From Desulfatiglandales bacterium (GTDB taxonomy: Bacteria; Desulfobacterota; DSM-4660; Desulfatiglandales; Desulfatiglandaceae), in NCBI GenBank assembly GCA_963666345.1, contig OY762721.1, positions 3,008,001-3,072,000 of the forward strand: DNA of 64,000 nt, written 5' to 3'. Shown piece after piece: positions 28,751-38,819 of the stretch. Each line of letters begins with the position of its first letter. Positions within the stretch are counted from its first letter, which is position 1. A program made the translations under genes and the position numbers. Below the pieces are notes generated by a model. It was not told where the DNA came from. It saw only the letters and a list, made by a program, of their open reading frames with translations, and searched no databases.

Positions 28751-29515
28751 ATGAAGACAAAGCATCTGCTGATATGTCTTGTATCCATGTTCATGATTGT
28801 TGCTATTTCCGCAAGCACGGGTCTTGCTTCATCAACCAAGGAGGCGGTCACCATTACCGTTGCCACTGATGCGACCTGGCCCCCGATGGAGATGGTGGAT
28901 AAAAACAAGGATATTATAGGTTTTGACATAGATTTTCTTACCGCTGTCGCAAAAGAGGGCGGTTTCAACGTGGTTTTCAAGAATGTCGCCTGGGACGGTA
29001 TCTTTGCCGGGGTTGGAGCAGGCAAGTATGATGCGATCATATCCTCTGTAACGATAACGGAGGAGAGAAAAAAGAAAATGGATTTTTCCGATCCCTATAT
29101 CAATGCCGGTCAGATCCTGGTCATCCCCAAATCCGATAAATCAACACAGATCCTTTCCGATCTGAAAGGAAAAAGGGTGGGGGCTCAAATGGGCACAACA
29201 GGTTCCTTTGAGATCAAGAAGGCCGAAGGAGTGGAGTTGAAATCGTATGACGAGATAGGATTCGCCTTCGAGGATATGATGGCCGGGCGCATACAGGGTG
29301 TCGTATGTGACACTCCGGTTGCCGCAAATTACGCCCTGCAGAGGGAAGAGTACAAGGATAAATTCAAAATTGTAGGCAGGCCTTTCACTGAAGAATATTA
29401 CGGCGTTGTAGTAAAAAAGGGGAACGAGAAATTAGTCAAGATGATTAACCGGGGCATACGCGCCGTCAAGGAAAAGGGAATCGATAAGCAGCTGGAAGCG
29501 AAGTGGCTGAGATAA
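28751..29515 (+). CDS. Polar amino acid ABC transporter substrate-binding protein
   Basis: Signal peptide, DATWPPME, GFDID, ITEERKKKMDFSDPY. Confidence 0.93.
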   Translation: MKTKHLLICLVSMFMIVAISASTGLASSTKEAVTITVATDATWPPMEMVDKNKDIIGFDIDFLTAVAKEGGFNVVFKNVAWDGIFAGVGAGKYDAIISSVTITEERKKKMDFSDPYINAGQILVIPKSDKSTQILSDLKGKRVGAQMGTTGSFEIKKAEGVELKSYDEIGFAFEDMMAGRIQGVVCDTPVAANYALQREEYKDKFKIVGRPFTEEYYGVVVKKGNEKLVKMINRGIRAVKEKGIDKQLEAKWLR

Positions 29516-30312
29516 GACAGGCAGAAAAGGGTGGGGGTAAAGACTCGGATGCGGTAATCTCCGTGACCGATGGCGCTGCCGTACCCTCACGATCCGATGC
29601 GGGCCTTTTTACGGCCTGGCGAATAGCGTTTTTCGGTGCTATCGGAATTATCCTCTATCTTATAATCGCCAAACCTGATCCCTACCGGGAGGTACTGGTG
29701 TTCCTTCCGGACGGGATACTGGTTACCTTTGAAGTGACGGTCCTTGCGATTCTGCTTTCCCTGATAATAGGACTTTTCAGCGGTCTGGGCCGGATTTCAA
29801 AAAACAAGATCTTTAACGGTATCGCGTCCCTTTATGTCGAGATAATAAGGGGAATACCGCTGCTGGTTCAGCTCTTTTATATCTACTATGCATTGGGGAG
29901 ACTGGTAAACGTGCCTGCCACCGCCAGCGCGGTCATAGCCATGGCGGTGTGTTACGGGGCGTATATGGGCGAGATCTTCAGGGCTGGCATAGAGTCCATT
30001 TCCAAGGGCCAGATGGAGGCTGCACGCTCTCTCGGCATGACATCGTCGCAGGCCATGCGACATGTGGTTCTTCCTCAGGCGTTTAAGACCATCCTGCCTC
30101 CCATAGGAAATGAGTTCGTGGCCCTGCTCAAGGATTCATCCCTGGTATCCATACTCGCGGTTTCGGATCTGCTTAGAAGGGGGCGTGAATTTGCATCCGA
30201 GACCTTCACATATTTTGAGACCTACACCATGGTGGCGCTTGTTTATCTGATTATCACGCTTTTTCTTTCCAAACTGGTCAGTATAATGGAGGAGCGGATA
30301 AGTGGCGAATAA
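29503..30312 (+). CDS. Polar amino acid ABC transporter permease
   Basis: [32 protein letters not shown]. Confidence 0.93.
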   Translation: MAEIRQAEKGGGKDSDAVISVTDGAAVPSRSDAGLFTAWRIAFFGAIGIILYLIIAKPDPYREVLVFLPDGILVTFEVTVLAILLSLIIGLFSGLGRISKNKIFNGIASLYVEIIRGIPLLVQLFYIYYALGRLVNVPATASAVIAMAVCYGAYMGEIFRAGIESISKGQMEAARSLGMTSSQAMRHVVLPQAFKTILPPIGNEFVALLKDSSLVSILAVSDLLRRGREFASETFTYFETYTMVALVYLIITLFLSKLVSIMEERISGE

Positions 30313-31048
30313 CGGAAGACAGATAATCGTTAAGATCACCGGAGTGGTGAAGTCTTTCGGTCAGTTAAAGGCGCTGGATGATGTTTCTCTTGATATTTAC
30401 GAATCTGAAAAGGTGGTAATAATCGGGCCGAGCGGTTCGGGCAAGAGCACCCTTTTGAGATCCATCAATCAGCTGGAGACAATAGACTCGGGCAGTATAA
30501 TAGTCGATGATGTGGACGTGAACGCCCCTGAAACAGACATCAATAAGGTGCGGGAAGAAATAGGCATGGTCTTTCAGGCCTTTAATGTGTTTCCCCACAA
30601 GACGGTCTTGGATAATGTGAATCTGGCCCAGCTGGTGGTACGGAAGCGTTCGAAAAAAGAGGCGACAGAGATATCCAGAGAACTCCTGCGTAAGGTGGGT
30701 ATACTTGAAAAATCGGATGAGTACCCCACCAGACTCTCGGGTGGTCAGCAGCAGAGGGTCGCAATAGCAAGGGCACTTGCAATGAAGCCGAAGGTCATGC
30801 TCTTTGACGAGCCCACTTCAGCCCTTGACCCTGAGATGATAGGTGAGGTACTGGATGTAATGAAGAACCTTGCAAGGGAGGGGATAACCATGGTCGTTGT
30901 GACACATGAGATGGGCTTTGCCAGGGAGGTCGCGGATCGTGTTATCTTTATGGATAACGGAGCCATTGTAGAGGAAGGAACGCCGGAGCATTTTTTTAAT
31001 AATCCCACCCAGGAGCGTACCAAGCTCTTTCTGAATCAGATCCTGTGA
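30302..31048 (+). CDS. Polar amino acid ABC transporter ATPase (GlnQ-like)
   Basis: [36 protein letters not shown]. Confidence 0.95.
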   Translation: MANNGRQIIVKITGVVKSFGQLKALDDVSLDIYESEKVVIIGPSGSGKSTLLRSINQLETIDSGSIIVDDVDVNAPETDINKVREEIGMVFQAFNVFPHKTVLDNVNLAQLVVRKRSKKEATEISRELLRKVGILEKSDEYPTRLSGGQQQRVAIARALAMKPKVMLFDEPTSALDPEMIGEVLDVMKNLAREGITMVVVTHEMGFAREVADRVIFMDNGAIVEEGTPEHFFNNPTQERTKLFLNQIL

Positions 31049-31120
31049 AAAAGAGTCCTTCCGTCTGTTTATGCTCAATCAAAAAATCAATTGACCGGGG
31101 GCTTTGTTCCCGGTGTTAAA

Positions 31121-31278
31121 TAGTTTCCATCCAGAAATGGATCATTTCTGGATGTTGCCTTCAGCCGTCAGCTATCAGTAAGTAGCCAACAAATTGATAT
31201 CTCAAGTGTTTTACTGACTGCTGAGAGCTGATTGCTGACAGCATGAATCCGTAAATCTTGATTTATGGATGAGCACTA
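31121..31278. mobile_element. 158-bp MITE/REPIN-like element with hairpin termini and inverted 7-bp repeat arms
   Basis: TAGTTTCCATCCAGAAAT vs reverse complement of right end TAGTGCTCATCCATAAAT (14/18); hairpins 31128-31154 and 31247-31270; TCAGCCG TCAGCTA TCAGTAA versus TTACTGA CTGCTGA GAGCTGA TTGCTGA. Confidence 0.65.
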
Positions 31279-32550
31279 AATAAGCATAAGCGGGATATAC
31301 ATCTCGGATCTGCTGAGACCTCCGTGGACCCCGATATTTTGATTGAAGGTTCCGTCTTTCTGCCGGATGTTTATGGTTGAAGGCCTGAAAGGAATGCCCA
31401 TGAAGGACCCGATGCGTTCCTTCATGATCGGCGAAAGGGGCCCAGGGCCGAAAAGTTCGAGCCCTTCTATCTGATCATTTGCCAGGAGCAGGAACGAGTC
31501 CCCGAAGCGGGCCTTAAACTCCGAATAAAAACGCGCGTCTTCCCCTTTTATCGTGTGAAATATGGGTACGGAAGGCTCTCCTGTCGGAATGCATCTAAGG
31601 TATGAGAGTAGAGTATCCTCCCTTTCAAGATCAAACCTCCTGTCTTCAGGCACGGTGATCTGGCCGTGATCGGCGCTTATGACGATTCTTGCCTTATCTG
31701 CAAGGGAATCGGCTGTTTTTAAAAGATACCTGTCAATGCTAAGGAGCAGATTGCGCGCCGCTTCACTGTAAGGGCCCTTTATATGAGAAAGGTGATCAAG
31801 ATGCGGCAGGTAGAGGTAGGTTATGCTCGGGGCATCGGATGAAAGGACCGAAGATGCGAGCAGTTCAAAGGCGTTTTCCAGGTCCCGGTAGCCCCTGCGG
31901 CGGTTTCCGCCGCCGGCATACATGGCATAGGTCGAATCAACTATGTCTTCAGGCATGATGTTGAGACTGTTGAACGTGATATCCTTCCAGAAACTGGGGA
32001 CAGGATATATATCCCCGGCTGTGAGCCCGTATCTTTCAAGCGCGTTTCCGCTGTCTCTTTCCAGAAAAGGCAGGGTAACGGCATTTATGTTGTGGGACTC
32101 GATAAAGGTCCACCACCCGGGTACTGAGTGGGCATTAGGCCAGAGGCCGGTTGCCAGGCTGGTCAGGGCGGCGGCGGTACTTGAGAGAAAAACGGTTTGA
32201 AGTTTACGGGAAAAGGAGCTGCGCATGAGGCAGGATGGGGGGAGTGTTTCAAGCATCTCAAGGCCGAGCGCGTCTATAAGTATGAAGACATATCTTTTTG
32301 AGGGACCTATTGTGCGACTCAGCTCCTTTGCCCCCTCCGTAGGGGGTGCCCCGGCCCCTGTGAGCAGGGAAAGGGCAAGGACCAGATCGATGAAATTGAG
32401 ACTTTTATGCGAAGGCCTTATAAGTCTTCCCGATCTGAAATGGTCTTCAAGTTCTTTGAGATCCTCAGCGGTGAGAGGGCTCTTCGTATCCGCGGTTAAT
32501 CCGGATAATTCACCATTTTTCGGCATTTGATTATAAAGACCTCGACTCAA
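31276..32550 (-). CDS. Alkaline phosphatase superfamily / nucleotide pyrophosphatase-like protein
   Basis: FILIDALG, SSTAAALTSLATG, LDHLSH, ISADHG, GVHGG metal ligands. Confidence 0.85.
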   Translation of the reverse strand: MSRGLYNQMPKNGELSGLTADTKSPLTAEDLKELEDHFRSGRLIRPSHKSLNFIDLVLALSLLTGAGAPPTEGAKELSRTIGPSKRYVFILIDALGLEMLETLPPSCLMRSSFSRKLQTVFLSSTAAALTSLATGLWPNAHSVPGWWTFIESHNINAVTLPFLERDSGNALERYGLTAGDIYPVPSFWKDITFNSLNIMPEDIVDSTYAMYAGGGNRRRGYRDLENAFELLASSVLSSDAPSITYLYLPHLDHLSHIKGPYSEAARNLLLSIDRYLLKTADSLADKARIVISADHGQITVPEDRRFDLEREDTLLSYLRCIPTGEPSVPIFHTIKGEDARFYSEFKARFGDSFLLLANDQIEGLELFGPGPLSPIMKERIGSFMGIPFRPSTINIRQKDGTFNQNIGVHGGLSRSEMYIPLMLI

Positions 32551-32559
32551 GGAGAAAAT

Positions 32560-32847
32560 CTATTCAGTGGTATTTTGCTCTTTTTCCCTTTGACTTTTTT
32601 TCTCAATCTTGCCGCTGATTTTTTCGAGCACTTCAGCAGTATCTCTTACGAGCCTTTCCATCTTTTCGGATGCCTTGCGGGTGCCTGAAAGAGCTCCCTC
32701 CTGCATCTGTCTTATCTCTTCATATATCGCCTTCTGGTCCGTGGTACGGTTAAGGGCGAAAAGCGATATTATAAGGGCAATCAGGGCTATTACGAGCGCC
32801 AGAGTCGAGGTGGCGCCGCCCCTGTTCGACCGGTTTTCCTGAGACAT
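32560..32847 (-). CDS. Small membrane-anchored coiled-coil hypothetical protein
   Basis: GGAGG RBS, ALVIALIALIISLFAL TM helix, charged tail. Confidence 0.7.
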   Translation of the reverse strand: MSQENRSNRGGATSTLALVIALIALIISLFALNRTTDQKAIYEEIRQMQEGALSGTRKASEKMERLVRDTAEVLEKISGKIEKKSQREKEQNTTE

Positions 32848-33041
32848 AAAGGACCTCCCTGTTTTCAATTATTTCTTTGCTTACTATTATACATCTTCCA
32901 TAAACGTATGCCAACAGTGAAGCCGGAACCGGCCCGAAATGAGGTCCCCCCTGGTCTATTGGCATTAACAGGTTTGCAATTAGGAAATTAAGAGGAAAAC
33001 CTAAAGAATTTTTCTAGACAGAGCTTCTACCCTTTTGAGGG

Positions 33042-33241
33042 TCAGGAGCTGCCTGACCTCAATGTGCCCCTCAACCCGGCAAACACAAGAAGGGCGAGCC
33101 CGCCGAATGCAATTCTGACGGCGCCTATCACGGAAGGGGTAGCGCCTTCAGGGGCGAATGCCTGGGGCAGGTCCCTGTGGTGCCCCAGAGTACCGCCGCC
33201 GCTATAATAATGGCATAGCCGTTGTTTTTAGTTGTAAGCAT
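33042..33241 (-). pseudogene. 5' fragment of an EamA/DMT family transporter
   Basis: MLTTKNNGYAIIIAAAVLWGTTGT, frameshift, then QAFAPEGATPSVIGAVRIAFGGLALL, then stop. Confidence 0.75.
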
Positions 33242-33380
33242 CTTTAATTCAACCTAATATCTATTATTCCCGTTTCGATTTTATCTAAGACCTGGGGAAT
33301 CAGGTCTGAAGTCGAAAAATCAGTATAGGTAACATCCTATTTTGAAAATTGTTTATCAACAAGAACAAAAGGGGCCTAAA

Positions 33381-34265
33381 ATGAACAATACCCAAGATGA
33401 ACTTAAAGGGTGGTTGAAAGAGATAATCGGGGAGTTTATTATGTCGTCGTCTGAAAATACGCTCAAAGACCCCCTGAACGAAAAGGCATGGGACGGTTTC
33501 CTGCTCGGTTTTTCCAGTGGTGACGATCCCCTCTACGATGAGTACAAGGGACATGTGGGTCCTTTTCACTGGACCCCGTCCGAGATATTTTCACTCACCT
33601 ATCCGGACCTGAAATTTAAGGCCGGGGATCTGACTGTAATAAGCTGGATACTTCCTCAAAGGAAGGCGGTAAGGCATGACAACAGAGAAAGCAAGCTCTA
33701 TCCGGCGGAGCGCTGGGTAAGATCACGTATCTTTGGTGAGAAGTTCAATCAAAAATTGAGGGGGCATGTCGCAGCATCCCTTATTGAAAGGGGATATGAG
33801 GCGGTCTCCCCGATGCTGTCTCCTTTTTGGGAGAGAAGGGTTTCCGAAAAGTACGGTTATGCATCAACATGGTCGGAAAGACACGCGGCATATGCATCGG
33901 GCCTCGGAACATTCGGCCTGAGCGACGGTCTTATCACTCCGTTGGGTAAGGCGATGCGGGCCGGTTCCGTGGTGGCGAAAATCAAGATCCCGCCGACTCC
34001 CAGGCCGTACACCGACCACCACGCCTACTGTCTTTTCTTTTCACACGGCATATGCGGCAAATGCATATCCCGCTGTCCGGTAGGGGCCATAACGGAAAAG
34101 GGCCACGATAAGGAAAGCTGCAGGGAACATGTAAAGGTGACTGTGGGGGAGTACGTAAAGTCCATTTACGGATTTGACGGCTATGGGTGCGGTCTTTGCC
34201 AGACAGCCGTCCCCTGCGAAAGCAAAATACCAATGCCCGCTGATGTTGAGAATCAGGCATCATAG
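33381..34265 (+). CDS. Epoxyqueuosine reductase (QueG)-like 4Fe-4S protein
   Basis: SERHAAYASGLGTFG, CGKCISRCP, CGLCQTAVPC. Confidence 0.8.
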   Translation: MNNTQDELKGWLKEIIGEFIMSSSENTLKDPLNEKAWDGFLLGFSSGDDPLYDEYKGHVGPFHWTPSEIFSLTYPDLKFKAGDLTVISWILPQRKAVRHDNRESKLYPAERWVRSRIFGEKFNQKLRGHVAASLIERGYEAVSPMLSPFWERRVSEKYGYASTWSERHAAYASGLGTFGLSDGLITPLGKAMRAGSVVAKIKIPPTPRPYTDHHAYCLFFSHGICGKCISRCPVGAITEKGHDKESCREHVKVTVGEYVKSIYGFDGYGCGLCQTAVPCESKIPMPADVENQAS

Positions 34266-34417
34266 GACCCGCCGTTCTATAGCCCTTTTATCCAGATATG
34301 GAAGACCAGTGATTTTCACCCGGCAGTGCGGTTTTTGTATCCATGCTTTACGATTCCGTGTATGATTCAGCCCGCCCGTTTTATGAGATCTTCCGTCAAT
34401 TGCCTGCCTCAGGATTT

Positions 34418-37400
34418 TTACGATTGTGCCTCAAGTCCAGGTGCGGCAGGTTCTGCTCCCGTGGCCAGTTTTCTTATATCGGTAATAATCATATAAAGCG
34501 AAGGCACAAGAATCAGTGTGATAACCGTGGCAAAGACAATGCCGAAGCCTAGCGATATGGCCATGGGAATGAGGAATTTGGCCTGTCTGGATGTCTCGAA
34601 TATCATGGGTGAAAGCCCGCCGAAGGTGGTAAGGGTGGTGAGCATGATAGGTCTGAATCGTTGAATCCCCGCGTCATGAATCGCTTCGAGACTCCCGGCT
34701 CCGGCCCGTCTTTTTCTGTTAGCAAAATCAATCATGACAAGAGAGTCGTTTATAACCACGCCGGATAAGGCGACTACGCCGAACATGCTCATAACGCTCA
34801 GGCTGTATCCCATCAAAAGATGCCCCAGTACAGCTCCGACAATACCGAAAGGCACACAGGCCATCACTATTATCGGCTGGATATAACTGTTAAAAGGGAT
34901 TGCCAGCATGGCGTAAATGGCGATAAGGGCCATAAGAAGCCCGTATATCAGGCTTTCCATGCTTTCACTCATGTCGGCCTGGCGGCCCTCGAAGCTGTAT
35001 GACAGCCCGGGATAATTTTCCTGCAGTTCAGGAAGAATGTCGATCTTGAGGGATTTTAAAATTTCTCCCGCCTTGCTCCTGGGCCGTACATCGGCCTGGA
35101 CCGAAACCACCCTCTGGGCGTTTCTCCTGTCAATGCTGGTGTATGCCCTTCCCCTGCTGAAGGTAACCGCCTGTCGAAGCGGGATCTCTTTTTCCGAAGG
35201 GGTTCTCAGTATCATTTCTTCCAGGTTATACTCGGAGAGCCTCTCATCAAGGGGGAGCCGCACCATGACCTTTACCTCGTTTTTGCCCCTGAGTTGTCTC
35301 AACGCCTCTGATCCGTAGTATGAACTTCGAATCTGTCTGGCTATTTCCCTTGAGTTCAACCCCAGACTGCGTGCTTCAGGTTTTACCTGAAAGTCGATCT
35401 GCTGTTTTCCGGGGGTAAATCCGTCGGCAATATCAGATACCCTCGGAAAATAGGACAAGGAATCGGCAAGTTCAGCGCTTGCCTTTTTTAATACTTCCAG
35501 GTCATTGTGTCGCAACTCAAGGGTTATAGCGGAACCCCTGCCGGGGCCGCCCACGTCGGATTCGAATTTTATCGATTCAATTCCGATGGGAGTGCCTGAG
35601 GCATTTCTCCACCGTTCTGTAAACTCGGCGGTTGAAACCGGTCTTATATCGGGATCCGTCAAATAGACCCTGACCTGGCTGTGGTTTTCGTCAATCCAGG
35701 CAAATATCCCCTTTACCAGTTTGTCGCCGCCGTTTTTCCCCGTAATCTCTTTGGCGGCGTTTACTACCTCTTGCTGGATGTCAAGGGTCTTTTGGACCGC
35801 GGTTCCATAGGGAAGGACTATCGTGGCCTGGGAGAAATCCGATTCAACCTTCGGATAGAGCTCAAACCCCATCCTGCCGCTTTGTATATAACCGATCGTA
35901 AGGATAAGAATCGCGATACCCAGAAAGAGGGTGATGTATCGATTTCTCAACACGAATCTGAGAAACGGGCCATACCTCATCCTTATGAATCTGGAAAAAT
36001 GGGTGCTGAAACCGTTTTGAATCCTTTGTATCCATCCCAGAAGCCCTTCTGATTTTTTTTCTTTCTGATGGCCGAGGTGGGCGGGAAGTATAAACAGACT
36101 TTCGATCAAAGATACGGCAAATACGCTTATGACCACGAATGGTATGTTTTTGAATATCTTGCCCATGACACCGGGGATAAAAAGCATCGGCATAAAGGCT
36201 ACCATGTTCGTCAGGACGCTGAAGGTCACGGGCATGGCAATCTCCCTGGCACCCTGGATCGCCGATTTAATCCAGGGGACACCCTTCTGACGATAATGGT
36301 ATATGTTTTCGCCGGCTACAATTGCATCATCAACCACGATTCCGAGTGCGATAATGAAGGCGAACATGGTAATCATGTTGATGCTGGCCCCGAGCGGGGA
36401 AAGGATAAGAAGAGAGCCGAGAAACGAGACGGGGATTCCAAGGCTGACCCAGAAGGCAAGGCGCATCTCAAGAAAAACGGCGAGCAGGATGAATACAAGA
36501 CCCAGTCCGATAAAACCGTTTCTTACCATAAGGTTCAGGCGCTGTCTGTAGTGGTCGGACCTGTCCCGTATTATGTCTATGGACAGGCCGGGGGCCAGAT
36601 TCTGCCTTATGGATGTCAAACGGTCTCTTGCCGCGTCCGAGACCGTGATCGGCGTCTGATCCCCTATCCTGTAAACCTCGAGCATAATGCAGGGCTTGCC
36701 GTTAAAGGTTGCGAAGTTGTCGGTCTCCTTGAAGTCGTCTTTTATCCCGGCGATATCTTCAAGCAGTACCTGGGTGCCGTCATTTGATGTTATTACGGGA
36801 ATTTTCGCGAATTCTTGTCCGTAGTACCGGCGCTCTTTCATTCGCACCAGGACGTCGCCCCCGCCCGCTTTTATGGCTCCGCCCGGAAGTTCTACAGAGG
36901 CGGTGGCTATCCTGCCGGCCACCTCGTCAAGGGTGAGATTATAGGTGCGAAGAGTCTCCTGGGGGATTTCGATACTTATTTCAAAATCGCGTACCCCTGA
37001 AAGATCAATCTGGGTGATTTCAGGGTCGGAAAGGAGTGTGTCCCGAATCTGTTCCGCCGTCTGCCTTAGTACCCAGTCGCTCTGCTCACCGTAGAGCGCA
37101 AGGGAGAGAACCGCCCTTTTCCTTCCCGCGATTGCAACGGTGGGTTTTTCAGCCTCATCCGGAAAGGAGGTTATCCTGTCCACCTCATTTTTGATGTCCT
37201 GGGCGAATCGATTAAGGTCCCCTCCCTCGATCATCTCGATACTGATATCGCCCGATCCCTCATACGCCTTGGAAGTTATTTCCTTTACTCCTTCAAGCCC
37301 CTCAACCGCCTCTTCCACCGCGAGTATTACGGCCCTTTCGACCTCCTCCGGGCTGGCCCCCGGGTATGCCACGCTTACATTGACTATATCAAGCTCAAAT

Positions 37401-37549
37401 TCCGGGAAAAGCTCCTGCTTGATCTTGCTTCCCCACAGAAAACCGCCTACGAGCAGGACTACCATCAAAAGGTTGGCGGTGACGGCATGCCTTGCCATCC
37501 ATGCTATGGGGCCCTTGCCGTTTTTATTTTCCGCCGGGCTGCTAATCAT
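34418..37549 (-). CDS. RND efflux permease (AcrB/AcrD/AcrF family)
   Basis: 1043 aa, YPGASPEEVE, LGIVVDDAIV, RFRPIMLTT. Confidence 0.95.
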   Translation of the reverse strand: MISSPAENKNGKGPIAWMARHAVTANLLMVVLLVGGFLWGSKIKQELFPEFELDIVNVSVAYPGASPEEVERAVILAVEEAVEGLEGVKEITSKAYEGSGDISIEMIEGGDLNRFAQDIKNEVDRITSFPDEAEKPTVAIAGRKRAVLSLALYGEQSDWVLRQTAEQIRDTLLSDPEITQIDLSGVRDFEISIEIPQETLRTYNLTLDEVAGRIATASVELPGGAIKAGGGDVLVRMKERRYYGQEFAKIPVITSNDGTQVLLEDIAGIKDDFKETDNFATFNGKPCIMLEVYRIGDQTPITVSDAARDRLTSIRQNLAPGLSIDIIRDRSDHYRQRLNLMVRNGFIGLGLVFILLAVFLEMRLAFWVSLGIPVSFLGSLLILSPLGASINMITMFAFIIALGIVVDDAIVAGENIYHYRQKGVPWIKSAIQGAREIAMPVTFSVLTNMVAFMPMLFIPGVMGKIFKNIPFVVISVFAVSLIESLFILPAHLGHQKEKKSEGLLGWIQRIQNGFSTHFSRFIRMRYGPFLRFVLRNRYITLFLGIAILILTIGYIQSGRMGFELYPKVESDFSQATIVLPYGTAVQKTLDIQQEVVNAAKEITGKNGGDKLVKGIFAWIDENHSQVRVYLTDPDIRPVSTAEFTERWRNASGTPIGIESIKFESDVGGPGRGSAITLELRHNDLEVLKKASAELADSLSYFPRVSDIADGFTPGKQQIDFQVKPEARSLGLNSREIARQIRSSYYGSEALRQLRGKNEVKVMVRLPLDERLSEYNLEEMILRTPSEKEIPLRQAVTFSRGRAYTSIDRRNAQRVVSVQADVRPRSKAGEILKSLKIDILPELQENYPGLSYSFEGRQADMSESMESLIYGLLMALIAIYAMLAIPFNSYIQPIIVMACVPFGIVGAVLGHLLMGYSLSVMSMFGVVALSGVVINDSLVMIDFANRKRRAGAGSLEAIHDAGIQRFRPIMLTTLTTFGGLSPMIFETSRQAKFLIPMAISLGFGIVFATVITLILVPSLYMIITDIRKLATGAEPAAPGLEAQS

Positions 37550-38795
37550 CGGCCTCAGCCCCCTGTTTTCCGGTATATGTTTCCTTCACCCTTATGGGCA
37601 TTCCCTCTACAGGTGCCGGGAGATCCGATGTGATAATCCGGTCGCCGGGTGAAAGCCCTTTTCGAACAATTACGACCTGCGCGTCTCTCCAGGGCGTTTC
37701 CACCTTTTGGATATGAAGGCTGTCATTTTTTTCCAATACCCACACATGGGTGTCGTCCCTGAGTGCCGTTCTGGGGATTGAATAGACATTTTCGAGTTTG
37801 TCTCCATCGATTTCAACCCGCACATACTCACCGATAAGCATCCGGGGCTTGTGCCTGTGCTGTTTCTTCAGCCCCAGCGGGTCCTTGACTGAAATCAGAA
37901 CCCGGGCCATGCGTCCCTCGCTTTCCAGATCGCTCAGAAGCCTGATGACGCTACCTTCCCGTACTGTGCCCCCCCTGTAATAAATTTTTGCCTTTGACCC
38001 GGAGTCGCTGGAATCCTTTGGTATGGATATCCACCTGAGACGGTCCACGGGTATTGACACCTCGACCCGGTATTCATCTGTACCGATCAATTCGGCGAGT
38101 TGATCCTGCGTGGTTATCTGGGAGCCCAGTTCAATGTCTTTTGAGCGGACAATCGAATTAAAGGGTATTCTCACACCTGTCCTGGAAAGGTTGACGTTTG
38201 CCTGTTTCAGGTTGGCCTCGGCTGCTTTAAGGCCTGCCTTCGCTTTTTCAAGATGTGGTCTTCTAAGGGCCAGTTCGGCATCCGTTTCCTTTGCATTTTG
38301 TCCGTCGTTCAACAGTTCCCATTCCCTTTTCGCGACATCCTGGTGACCCAGTTCCAATTTGAGGGAATACCTGGCTTCGGAGACCTGCGACTCCTTCTGG
38401 ATGATGTCGAGTTTGTAATCTACAGGGTCAATCCGGATTATTTCCTCTCCGGTCCTAAAGAGCCCCCCCTCCATGAATTCGGGATGTGTCCATGTGATCT
38501 GGCCTGACACCCTTGACTTGAGAGTCATATGGCGTGCGGGCACAACCGAACCCATTACAGGTACAAGGACCTTATGCGGTCCCGGATTCACCTGTCTGAC
38601 CTCTACGAGCGGTATCATCTTTTTGGGGGGTCTCTTCTTTGCCTTTGGCGCCGTGTTCTTGAAATATGTGGCGCCTGCGATACCCCCGGCAAGTAATATC
38701 ATGCAGATAACCGCCCTGATCAGGATTGACAGAGTTCTTTTTTTAGAAGAGCGTTTTTCTGATTTTTCAGGGGTTTGTGTGTTTTTCTTTTCCAT
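37542..38795 (-). CDS. RND periplasmic adaptor (membrane fusion protein)
   Basis: N-terminal TM, RVSGQI lipoyl half, coiled coil, IPRTAL, GLSPGD. Confidence 0.92.
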   Translation of the reverse strand: MEKKNTQTPEKSEKRSSKKRTLSILIRAVICMILLAGGIAGATYFKNTAPKAKKRPPKKMIPLVEVRQVNPGPHKVLVPVMGSVVPARHMTLKSRVSGQITWTHPEFMEGGLFRTGEEIIRIDPVDYKLDIIQKESQVSEARYSLKLELGHQDVAKREWELLNDGQNAKETDAELALRRPHLEKAKAGLKAAEANLKQANVNLSRTGVRIPFNSIVRSKDIELGSQITTQDQLAELIGTDEYRVEVSIPVDRLRWISIPKDSSDSGSKAKIYYRGGTVREGSVIRLLSDLESEGRMARVLISVKDPLGLKKQHRHKPRMLIGEYVRVEIDGDKLENVYSIPRTALRDDTHVWVLEKNDSLHIQKVETPWRDAQVVIVRKGLSPGDRIITSDLPAPVEGMPIRVKETYTGKQGAEADD

Positions 38796-38819
38796 TTTTC
38801 TTTTATCCGGTTTTTCTTG

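Noticed and set aside
33000..33240. GC-rich structured stretch as a riboswitch or ribozyme (glmS or cobalamin) upstream of the QueG-like gene
   Set aside because: Core motifs are absent, and the sequence is explained as an EamA coding remnant on the minus strand
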